Shown: positions 7,954-15,667 of the stretch, in pieces | How the letters are laid out: each line of letters begins with the position of its first letter | Numbering within the stretch: position 1 is the first letter of the stretch | Virus record (IMG/VR): IMGVR_UViG_3300002219_000864 | Span: 58,959-78,958 of that record | Direction: 5' to 3' (one strand) | DNA from: an uncultured virus (IMG/VR IMGVR_UViG_3300002219_000864) | Lineage: Duplodnaviria; Heunggongvirae; Uroviricota; Caudoviricetes | DNA: 20,000 nucleotides | The notes under the pieces: generated by a model | What the model saw: only the letters and a program-made list of their open reading frames with translations | The model's database searches: none | What the model was told of the DNA's origin: nothing | Made by a program: the position numbers and the translations under genes

Positions 7954-8395
7954 CGTCCTCTTCGACCTCGGGGATGAAATCGTCATCGCCGAAGTTGTCC
8001 GGTTGTGACGGTGTGCCCTGGCGTTGATCTCGCTGCGGTTTCTGGCCGGATCCCGACCCTTTCCCAGCTTTAGACAGCATCTTCAGGTCATGCACGACCA
8101 GGGTGGTCTTCTTGTGTTTTATCCCGTCGCGTCCTTCATACTCGCTGAAATCGTAAGTTCCCACCGCATAGACGAGCATCCCCTTTTTCACCCATTCGCC
8201 GGTGATCTCGGCCAGCTTTCTCCATGCCTCGCAGTAGTGCCAGGTCGTTTTCTCCTGCTTTTGCCCTGCCTGGTCCTTCCATGTCTTCGTCGTGGCCACG
8301 GAGAAATTTGCCACCGGTGTCCCCGTGGCCGTGTACCGCACTTCAGGGTCCTTGCCGACCCGCCCGATGATTCGTGTCTCGTTGAGCATGTTCAT
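7940..8395 (-). CDS. ssb: Single-stranded DNA-binding protein
   Basis: IIGRVGKDPEVRYT...VANFSVAT...WKD...TTWH...VKKGMLVY OB fold; acidic tail EEDDVPL. Confidence 0.95.
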   Translation of the reverse strand: MNMLNETRIIGRVGKDPEVRYTATGTPVANFSVATTKTWKDQAGQKQEKTTWHYCEAWRKLAEITGEWVKKGMLVYAVGTYDFSEYEGRDGIKHKKTTLVVHDLKMLSKAGKGSGSGQKPQRDQRQGTPSQPDNFGDDDFIPEVEEDDVPL

Positions 8396-8406
8396 CTCCT
8401 ATCGTT

Positions 8407-10074
8407 TTATAGTTTTGCTAATTCCCCAAAATACGACCTCGCCCCGTCGTAATACAGGAACGTTTCGCCGCCCGCATGAAACCTCGACGCGTCAACCCTC
8501 ACCATCGTTTCCGGCATGAATGCCTCGGTGGCCTCGGTGTTTTTGGCTGTCTTCTTCCGGTGCAAAATGATCACATGGTCAGCGTCGGCACCGATAGATG
8601 CGCTGTCCTTGAGGTCCTCGATGCCTGCAACCGCGTTCCGCTCGATCTTCCGTGGTTGCGCGATGAGGATGAGCGGTATCTCCAGCTCTTCCGCGATCAG
8701 CTTCATGGTCCGGCTGATGTATGAAACTTCCTGTGTTTGGTGTTTAATGTCGCGGGCCAGGTAGTGCAGGTTGTCGAAGACGATTACCTCAATGCCGTAC
8801 CGCTTGTAAGCCTCCCGCATAGTATCGAACACAATATCCGGCGTGAGCTGCCTGCTGTTGTAACCCCAATACATGGGCCACTCTGCTATTCTTTGGTAGC
8901 CATCGAGCAGCACTTTTGGCGTTAATTCGTGATCCTCCCTTCTCATGACTTTCTTGATAGATTGTCTGAGCAACCGGGCGGGCCTCATTTCCAGGCAATA
9001 AAACAACACCGGGTGCCCGTTTTTCGCCCAATCCAACGCCATGTTCAGCGCGAACGTGGTTTTTCCTACCTTGGGCGGAGCCGACAACACCACGAGATCT
9101 CCCGGCTCGAAGGCACCGGTTAAGCGTTGAACATTCTCCCATGGCGGATAGAGGGCGGTATCGTCCATCTTCCTGTCGTACTCTTTTGTCAACTCCATAA
9201 ATGCCTGGAACGTGGTGCATACGTTGTCAATTCCATACTGTTCAGCGTCTTGCACGAGCTGCGCGAATTCTTCCATTGTGTGTCCATCAACAATAAACTG
9301 GTTTGCATCTTTCACCGGGAGCTTGAGCCGGTAACATCTGTCCAGGCCCAACCGCTTGGCCAGTTTCTTGCCTCCCGACTCTCCTTGCGCATCATTATCG
9401 TAGGCGATATAAACGGTTTTTACCTTGGCGAGCCGGTCGATCCACTCGGGCTGAATGGTTTCTGCTCCCCCGGTAACACCCACGGCAGTGTGGCCCATGG
9501 ATGCCAGGGTCATGGCGTCGATCTCACCCTCGGTGATGAATACGATTTCCTCGTCCTTCACACTTTTCAGCACATCCCCGTTGAAAAGCGCAGTCTTGCC
9601 GCCGGGCCACCGGGTAAATGTCTTCTCCGCAGGCGGTATGCTCCGGTATTTTATATTCACCGGCTGCCCGTCCTCGTAGATGGGGATACACAAAACCGGT
9701 TTGCCGTCCTTCTTGTCGCATCCCAACTTGAACTGCATGGCAACACGGGTGTCTATTTTTCTGGAGGCGAGATAGTCCAGCACGATCGTCCCGCTCGGCC
9801 CCATGAGTTTCTTCTGGCACTGGATGACATAGTCTTCCGTGGGATATTTGTATTTCTTTTCCGGCGGAGGCGTTATTCCCTCGGCTGCTCCGTATTCTTT
9901 CCGGAGCTTGGTCCACCCTCCTGCCTCGCCGCAATGATGACACTTAAAAAGGTTTGTCGTCTTATTCAGATACAGGTGCCCCAACTTGCCACAATACGGG
10001 CACTCCATCACCCATTCGGATCCTTCATCCTTCGCGGTTATGCCTATACTACTGAGAAATTCAATCGTTATCAT
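8407..10074 (-). CDS. Bifunctional primase-helicase (Zn finger + TOPRIM + DnaB-like SF4 helicase; T7 gp4/Twinkle-like)
   Basis: CPYC...CHHC Zn finger; TOPRIM ITEGEIDAMT and AYDND; helicase APPKVGKT, YCLEM, VFDNLHYL, IAQPRK, LKDSASIGADAD. Confidence 0.92.
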   Translation of the reverse strand: MITIEFLSSIGITAKDEGSEWVMECPYCGKLGHLYLNKTTNLFKCHHCGEAGGWTKLRKEYGAAEGITPPPEKKYKYPTEDYVIQCQKKLMGPSGTIVLDYLASRKIDTRVAMQFKLGCDKKDGKPVLCIPIYEDGQPVNIKYRSIPPAEKTFTRWPGGKTALFNGDVLKSVKDEEIVFITEGEIDAMTLASMGHTAVGVTGGAETIQPEWIDRLAKVKTVYIAYDNDAQGESGGKKLAKRLGLDRCYRLKLPVKDANQFIVDGHTMEEFAQLVQDAEQYGIDNVCTTFQAFMELTKEYDRKMDDTALYPPWENVQRLTGAFEPGDLVVLSAPPKVGKTTFALNMALDWAKNGHPVLFYCLEMRPARLLRQSIKKVMRREDHELTPKVLLDGYQRIAEWPMYWGYNSRQLTPDIVFDTMREAYKRYGIEVIVFDNLHYLARDIKHQTQEVSYISRTMKLIAEELEIPLILIAQPRKIERNAVAGIEDLKDSASIGADADHVIILHRKKTAKNTEATEAFMPETMVRVDASRFHAGGETFLYYDGARSYFGELAKL

Positions 10075-10867
10075 TTTTCATTCTCCCCGGGATAAACCCC
10101 GCTCTTCTCATTCTTTCATCTATTTGGTCTGCCTGTGGCTGGTCGTCTATAGTTGCTTCGTCCTCCCATAATCTTTTGTTGATCCATGTTGAGGCTCGCG
10201 GTATGTACCGCCCTCCTTCTTTTGTCCACTCCGGCCATGTCCGCTGGACCGTCAGCGCGGAAAGGATTATTTCCACGAGGCCGTTTTTCGGGTTAGCCTT
10301 TTTCCACGCTTCAATTGCGTCCTGCTTTCCTTTTTTCTTCGGGTAGGCCGCCCAAAATTTTTCAAAGGTACTGGCCAGAAGATTTTTGTCACTGCCGCCG
10401 TCAGATGTCACGGCTGACGTAATCAGAGAATCAGGAATCAGAGAATCAGGAATCAGAGAATCAGGCTTACATTTACTCCCATTGTATGGCTCTGTAATTA
10501 CATTGTCATGACATGCCATGACATCAGAATCATTGATGTTATCAGGGTCAGGAATTTTCGATGCCGCTTCATGAGGATGGGGGCGCTGGTGTTCCCTAAA
10601 TTTAATGACGGCAATAAAAGCGTCATTGCCGACACGATACCGTTGGATGAAATGACAATGACATAACTTGTCAAGTAATGTAATGACATTTGGTTTGGGT
10701 TCGTAATAGGGAAAAATGTGAGCTTTTATTCGTGCCGGCCTGTCTTCAAGTTTGCCGTCACGATCTGCGAGACACCACAATCCTGCAAAAAGCAGTTGCG
10801 CATACGGCCCCAATCCAGCCAAAATTTCATCATCAAAAAATCCTGGTTTGATATTTCTTGCTCTCAT
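10061..10867 (-). CDS. Phage replication initiator / replisome organiser
   Basis: N-terminus MRARNIKPGFF...LLFAGLWCLADRDG, a PDSLI repeat linker, and C-terminus FEKFWAAYPKKKGK...YIPRASTWINKRLWEDE, typical of phage initiators. Lies directly upstream of the helicase. Confidence 0.85.
   Translation of the reverse strand: MRARNIKPGFFDDEILAGLGPYAQLLFAGLWCLADRDGKLEDRPARIKAHIFPYYEPKPNVITLLDKLCHCHFIQRYRVGNDAFIAVIKFREHQRPHPHEAASKIPDPDNINDSDVMACHDNVITEPYNGSKCKPDSLIPDSLIPDSLITSAVTSDGGSDKNLLASTFEKFWAAYPKKKGKQDAIEAWKKANPKNGLVEIILSALTVQRTWPEWTKEGGRYIPRASTWINKRLWEDEATIDDQPQADQIDERMRRAGFIPGRMKNDND
10421..10465. repeat. Perfect 3 x 15-bp tandem repeat AATCAGAGAATCAGG inside the initiator gene
   Basis: Copies at 10421, 10436 and 10451; encodes PDSLI x3 on the minus strand. 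Confidence 0.95.
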
Positions 10868-10870
10868 AGC

Positions 10871-11083
10871 TTACCGCCCCGGCACCCCGTTGTACTGCCA
10901 TCTGTCGCAGACGTATGCGTCCTCGATGGCATAGCGGCTCGGCTCCTCGACGCCAATCTCCCTGCAGCGGTAGCCGTTGGGGGTCATAAGGGCCTTGTTC
11001 GCGCAATACTTGCAGCGCCTGCGAAGCCCGTTCTTCCCGATCATGGACCGCCGGTAGTTGAGTTCCTGCTTCTGCTTTATCAT
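10871..11083 (-). CDS. Small Cys-rich hypothetical protein (70 aa)
   Basis: GGAGG RBS; CKYC...C...VCD motif. Confidence 0.65.
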   Translation of the reverse strand: MIKQKQELNYRRSMIGKNGLRRRCKYCANKALMTPNGYRCREIGVEEPSRYAIEDAYVCDRWQYNGVPGR

Positions 11084-11095
11084 CGCTTCCTCCCG

Positions 11096-11245
11096 CTATG
11101 CGACCCTGATGTTCAGCACGTTCAGGGCGTTCACGTGGGTTTTGCGGAACAGGCGCCACGCCTCCCACACGGATGACGCCTCGATCACGTCGTTTTTCGG
11201 TTTGTGCTTTGCCTTGGACAGGTAGATGAAGAGGTACCGCGTCAT
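11096..11245 (-). CDS. Small hypothetical protein (49 aa, not in ORF track)
   Basis: MTRYLFIYLSKAKHKPKNDVIEASSVWEAWRLFRKTHVNALNVLNIRVA; GGAGG RBS and ATGA overlap with the upstream stop. Confidence 0.6.
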   Translation of the reverse strand: MTRYLFIYLSKAKHKPKNDVIEASSVWEAWRLFRKTHVNALNVLNIRVA

Positions 11246-11520
11246 GGGGCTGCCTCCTCCTTCTCACCGGTGAAGAGCTCTTCCTGGCCCTCCTGGACGT
11301 TTCGCCCGATGGCGTCCCTGACGCGGTCCGTAACAAACGATATCCCCGCGTCCACGTCTATCCCGCCATTCTCCGCCGGTCGCATGACGACGCGGATGTT
11401 CACGGAAAAAGCGCTGTCACCTGCATTCAGGTAGCCCTTGTCGATGTCGTCCTGATGCATGGTAAGTAATCCCTTAATGAGTTCGTTCGCCGTGTTCAAT
11501 ACGTGTTTCCCGACTATCAT
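11242..11520 (-). CDS. Hypothetical phage protein (92 aa)
   Basis: AAGGAG RBS; translationally coupled to the downstream ORF. Confidence 0.65.
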   Translation of the reverse strand: MIVGKHVLNTANELIKGLLTMHQDDIDKGYLNAGDSAFSVNIRVVMRPAENGGIDVDAGISFVTDRVRDAIGRNVQEGQEELFTGEKEEAAP

Positions 11521-11704
11521 GGTTGATCTCCTTTATCTGGTGTGTGTTTTTGATGTTGTTTTCGCTACCGCTGTTTTCCCGGTCGTGTATTCCGCTGCGT
11601 TCGTCCCCCCGGTTGTTCTGCGTGTCGTGTATGAATCTGCCGAGCCTGCATCCCACAATGTAGGCCAAGACAAACCACACGATTATAACCAGAAGTACCG
11701 TCAT
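11474..11704 (-). CDS. Small putative membrane protein (76 aa)
   Basis: N-terminal hydrophobic stretch MTVLLVIIVWFVLAYIVG followed by a polar tail; overlaps the next gene by 47 bp. Confidence 0.4.
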   Translation of the reverse strand: MTVLLVIIVWFVLAYIVGCRLGRFIHDTQNNRGDERSGIHDRENSGSENNIKNTHQIKEINHDSRETRIEHGERTH

Positions 11705-11844
11705 ACCTGTCTTATGTGCCTGGTCCCGTAATTGTCCTCGCCAGGCCGAGGTTGTGGAGGTTACCCGCACCGTTGCAGCGCGGCCCGCCCGGTAAGCGCA
11801 TTACCGGTGACGACATTCCGGGCGGGTATGAAAATGAAGACCTT

Positions 11845-13209
11845 TTACATCAGGGCTCCTTGATTCTCCTTCTGCGCTATCTTGTCCTTCATGGTCACCA
11901 TGTACCGGTCGAGGTCGGCCTCGTCCATGGCGTCGATGATCCGGTTGTCAAATTTCTTCTTCAAGTCCAGCTTCTCCTGGTTCGTGAGCTTTACCGCTTC
12001 CGCCCGTATGGCTTCCCGCTTCTGCTGCATTCGTGCAGCGTAGTGCGGGTCCGTCTTCTGGCGCTCCCGCATTTCCTCGTCCGGCGACTTCATGACCTTT
12101 TTGGCCTCATCGGCGTATTCCTGCACCACGTCGGCTGCTGTCTTTTTGAACGCGGGTTCCGGTAATTTGGACGCGGGTTCCGGTAACGATGGTAGTGGAC
12201 CGGACAGTGAGGGCTGGCCGCAGCCATTTCCCCTCCCCAGGGTTGCCGTTGCTATCCCTGCTCGTTTGACGATCTCCTGCTCCTGGTAGTAGAGGACCAG
12301 CGATGTCATGTCCACTGGTATGTCCAGATGGATCAGCCACTGCTCCCTGCGCGTTGCCTTCCCCGTCTTCGGGTCCACCACGGAGATGTCCCGGTAGACC
12401 TTCTGGAGGATGAAGAGCGGCTTCTTCTCATAGAAGAGCCGGGCGAGCTGGCCTTTCGTGACCCCCGCAACAAACTCCAGGGTGCTCTTGATGTTCACCA
12501 GGGAGTACCAAGAGGTTGTCGGCAGCACCCAGACTCCGATGCCGGTTATGCCGGGTATGTAGAATGAGAGGGTGCCGCCGAACTTGCATTCACCCGACTG
12601 ATACTCCCGGCACGTGTCAGGGTCACACTGACGTTCCCCCCACTTTCTCCCGCCGAAGACCTTGCCCGCTTCTTCCATGGGGTACTGGCAGACGCGAACG
12701 GCATCTGCTTGATTGTTGACATAGACCTCCTTGAACTTCGACTTGAACCGTATCCCCGACTGGCCGAAGCACCGCAGGCTGTGGTCGATGATCTTCCACC
12801 ACTCGTTGACCGGGAACATGACAGGCAAGCGCCTGAGTTTGCCGTCCTCATCGGAGTACAACCGGTGGATCTCCTTCTCATGCGCCGGGTTGAGGCAGTC
12901 CCGGGGGCGGATGCTGAAGTAGTCCACATTGGCTGGTATGAGCTTTGACTTTCCCCTGCCGTCAACTCCTAAGGCTTTATCGATCTCGTCCCACGTGGCC
13001 CCCTCTTCGAGCATGGCCTCGTATCTGGCCTTGTCCTGATCGGTGCAGGTGCTCTTGGGCTTCATGATGCCGGGCCTGATGACGCCGCTTCTGGGCAGCC
13101 GGTACTCGGGGCCAAGCAGGGTCGAGATGGCGGCGATGTATTCCTCGTCGCCGTCCTCTAGGATCCTCGCGATGCTGGTCGTGTTGGTGCACTCTGGTGC
13201 TGCTTCCAT
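11845..13209 (-). CDS. Gp3-like / recombination directionality factor-like phage recombination protein
   Basis: LPRSGVIRPG...DYF...CDPDTCREYQSGECKFGGTLSFYIPGITGIGVWVLPTTSWYS resembles the phiC31 gp3-like family motif (CK...L...PG.GVW...T.SW). AGGAGG RBS. Confidence 0.65.
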   Translation of the reverse strand: MEAAPECTNTTSIARILEDGDEEYIAAISTLLGPEYRLPRSGVIRPGIMKPKSTCTDQDKARYEAMLEEGATWDEIDKALGVDGRGKSKLIPANVDYFSIRPRDCLNPAHEKEIHRLYSDEDGKLRRLPVMFPVNEWWKIIDHSLRCFGQSGIRFKSKFKEVYVNNQADAVRVCQYPMEEAGKVFGGRKWGERQCDPDTCREYQSGECKFGGTLSFYIPGITGIGVWVLPTTSWYSLVNIKSTLEFVAGVTKGQLARLFYEKKPLFILQKVYRDISVVDPKTGKATRREQWLIHLDIPVDMTSLVLYYQEQEIVKRAGIATATLGRGNGCGQPSLSGPLPSLPEPASKLPEPAFKKTAADVVQEYADEAKKVMKSPDEEMRERQKTDPHYAARMQQKREAIRAEAVKLTNQEKLDLKKKFDNRIIDAMDEADLDRYMVTMKDKIAQKENQGALM

Positions 13210-13220
13210 GGTAAACCTCC

Positions 13221-14765
13221 TTATGATTGTGGTGTCACTTCGATGCCGCCGTTCTCCAGCTTGATGACAGCGTCTGCCATGCTCGCAAGCTCAGCCGTCT
13301 GGGTGGTGCATTCTTTTTCCTGGGCTTCGTGGCCGTATTCCTTTTTTTGAAGGGGAAGTTCCCGCGGCCGCACGGTCAAGTTAGGTTTAAAATACACGGA
13401 ACACATACACTCACGGGCGCATGTTAATATTTCTTCAACCCATTGCCACTCGGGTTGACATTCAGGTTCGCCGGAGGTTTTACTCTGTCCGCCGATGATG
13501 ACCCAATCGAAAGGCATCGGTTTCTTTATAGAAATTCTTTCCTTTAGTGGTTCCATTGATAAGAAGATTAGGTTTTCACCCTTTTCTTTCAGTTGACGTG
13601 CTATGGGAACGCTTTCGTGGTATCTCTTGTCCGTATCGGCAGTCATGCCGAGCCATACGTTTTTGGGAAATGCGAAATCAAGATACCGTTTTGGGTTTTT
13701 TGTTAGAAAAGTAAAATACCATTGTGGTGCCGCTTCAATAGCCTGTATGACTTTGTCAATCCATATTACTGGCACCCAATCTCCAAAGAGATCGCCCATA
13801 GAGCTTACAAATACCATCCGGTCTTTCAATGGAGCATCGTTCTTGTATGTGCTTACTAATGGCATCAAAAGACGTTCAGGCCATAGTGCGGGTTCAAAGC
13901 CAAGGTCTTTATAAAATCTGTTGGCAATATCCCGAGCATAGCAGTAAGGGCATCCGTGTTCACATCCAGTAACAGGGTTCCAGGTTCTTCCTGCCCACTC
14001 GATCATTTCATTGGTCACATTAAACTGAGGAACTTTCATTTCCTTGGGTATTGGTTCACCGTTCAGACAGCTGGATACGAGTTCCGCAGTTGTTGACCAG
14101 TAGGTACCACCGCTGCACGGTATACCCTCATCAGCCCATTCAGATAGGGATACATATGTCTTGTGTTTTTCACTTTTTTGTGCTTCCTGCATTTCTTTTT
14201 TGGTTTCCTGTAATTCCCTGTATGCTTCACCGATCTTCTTCGTTCCGGTTTGTAATTCCTGTTTCATTTCTTCCGGGGCTTCTTTGATTAATACCTCGGC
14301 CTGTGCCAGTTTGCCTGTTGATACACCTGATTCTTTGGCAAGCTCGTGACGGGTGTTGTGAGAGGTTTTGTCATTCGTTGACAAAACCTCTTGCGGGTGT
14401 TTTTCTCCATAGTGCTTTCCCGCTTCGCGTTGTTTCTCCTTCCCCTTCCCGAGCAATAGGTCTTTCTTCTTCAAGACTAACTCTATCCTCTGAAAGTCGG
14501 TTAAGTTCCTTCTCCCAAGCTGGTTGTTGATGATCCACACCATGACCTCGTGCTCGGATTCAAATGCCCATTCATCAATTTCAAACTCGACGCCGAGGTT
14601 TTGACATATCTCATACCGGTTGTGGCCATCGACAATGGTTCCGTTCCAGACGATCAACCGCTCTCTGCACCCTTCCTCGTCGATGGACTGTTTGAGTATC
14701 CCGTATTCTTCTTTTGTTAATGGTGGAATTAATGCCCTGAATGACGGGTTGATTGTTACGTTCAT
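13221..14765 (-). CDS. ParB-like N-terminal domain + HTH fused to DUF5131 (Gp37/Gp68, radical SAM-like three-Cys) domain, 514 aa
   Basis: ParB-like: LIPPLTKEEYGILKQSI...IVDGHNRYEIC...NQLGRRNLT. HTH: TRHELAKESGVSTGKL. DUF5131: IEWAGRTWNPVTGCEHGCPYCYAR, FVSSMGDLF, FLTKNPKR, LSMEPL, DWVIIGGQS. ATG 14765 has a GGAGG RBS and an ATGA overlap. Confidence 0.85.
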   Translation of the reverse strand: MNVTINPSFRALIPPLTKEEYGILKQSIDEEGCRERLIVWNGTIVDGHNRYEICQNLGVEFEIDEWAFESEHEVMVWIINNQLGRRNLTDFQRIELVLKKKDLLLGKGKEKQREAGKHYGEKHPQEVLSTNDKTSHNTRHELAKESGVSTGKLAQAEVLIKEAPEEMKQELQTGTKKIGEAYRELQETKKEMQEAQKSEKHKTYVSLSEWADEGIPCSGGTYWSTTAELVSSCLNGEPIPKEMKVPQFNVTNEMIEWAGRTWNPVTGCEHGCPYCYARDIANRFYKDLGFEPALWPERLLMPLVSTYKNDAPLKDRMVFVSSMGDLFGDWVPVIWIDKVIQAIEAAPQWYFTFLTKNPKRYLDFAFPKNVWLGMTADTDKRYHESVPIARQLKEKGENLIFLSMEPLKERISIKKPMPFDWVIIGGQSKTSGEPECQPEWQWVEEILTCARECMCSVYFKPNLTVRPRELPLQKKEYGHEAQEKECTTQTAELASMADAVIKLENGGIEVTPQS

Positions 14766-15520
14766 ATTCCCTCCCTTTCTTTGCTTGTCGTGCAGAGTGT
14801 TTCCCAAATACCCCTCCCTTCTTTGCTGTCACGGGAATGAAACTTGATTGTCCGAAATTCCGGGAACCTGTAGTTCGAGCCGAACAGGAACGTCCATTGA
14901 TGCCGTCCTATGGGTTCTCTCAGCTGCCACCAGTCCTTGTTGACTGTTTCCAGAAAGTCGGACAACCTCCTGCTTTCTTTGCACAGCGGGCTCAATGCCA
15001 CCCTCTTCGCATTTGCAGCAGACATATACACGAGGAAGTCTGTTGAGGTAAAAAGCCTGATTATGCTTGTTTCACTCAGGAGATCGAAGTCGGGGATGTT
15101 TCCTGTGGGGTCACAATAGATCAAGCCTATCCGTTTGGGGCCGATAACTCCGTAGTATTTCTTGAGCAGCTCCTTGTGGTCCCCCCGTTCCATGAACAGG
15201 TTTATGTTGCTATACTCCCTGAACACATCAGTGGCGTGAAGCAGCATATCAAAGTTGTCGTTGTTGATCTCTATGAGGACGACATTAAAAAGTATTCCTG
15301 GCTGTTGTATAGCTTCCTTCAGGAACACCAGAGGGCTGCCGTCAAAACCTTCATAACGGCCGGGGCCGGCCGTAATATCGATGTACCAGTACGACCGGTC
15401 ATAGTAGTGGTGCTTTTGGATCACTCTCTGCGCTATGGCAAGATGCGTTTTAACGATCGATTGAAATGTGTTGAGTTTTTCAAACGTATGCCCGCTGATT
15501 CCCACGCCGTTATTAACCAT
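14762..15520 (-). CDS. tcmP: Three-Cys-motif partner protein TcmP-like (SAM-dependent methyltransferase fold)
   Basis: HTFEKL...YIDITAGPG...GSPL...VLIE...GD...YCDPTG is the TcmP pattern; it is adjacent to its established DUF5131 partner. Confidence 0.75.
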   Translation of the reverse strand: MVNNGVGISGHTFEKLNTFQSIVKTHLAIAQRVIQKHHYYDRSYWYIDITAGPGRYEGFDGSPLVFLKEAIQQPGILFNVVLIEINNDNFDMLLHATDVFREYSNINLFMERGDHKELLKKYYGVIGPKRIGLIYCDPTGNIPDFDLLSETSIIRLFTSTDFLVYMSAANAKRVALSPLCKESRRLSDFLETVNKDWWQLREPIGRHQWTFLFGSNYRFPEFRTIKFHSRDSKEGRGIWETLCTTSKEREGI

Positions 15521-15644
15521 TCACTTTTCCCCTCTTCGCTCCTTCAACCGCATCACACACGCAAGCATCCTCGACGGTACAGCGCCCGTTATTTTCCAGC
15601 CCGATGACCGTGGCCCAGGTGCCCGCCAATTCGACGCATGCCAT
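15513..15644 (-). pseudogene. 43-codon remnant paralogous to the Cys-rich ORF at 10871-11083
   Basis: IGLENNGRCTVEDACVCD aligns ungapped with IGVEEPSRYAIEDAYVCD (10/18 identical), but the N-terminal CxxC is missing. Confidence 0.5.
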
Positions 15645-15667
15645 GCTTTGCCGGGTTAGTGTTTTTC

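Noticed and set aside
9127..10095. 322-aa plus-strand ORF
   Set aside because: Antisense shadow of the primase-helicase with no motifs.
10421..10465. Possible CRISPR-like repeat
   Set aside because: Contiguous 15-bp tandem copies without spacers, in frame within a gene, and no cas genes.
12150..12186. Two copies of ACGCGGGTTCCGGTAA 21 bp apart
   Set aside because: An in-frame duplication in a Pro-rich linker (LPEPAS/LPEPAF); no sign of a separate DNA-level role.
14766..14807. ORF-track start of the ParB-DUF5131 gene at 14807
   Set aside because: ATG 14765 has a GGAGG RBS and ATGA coupling; the longer start lies inside tcmP.
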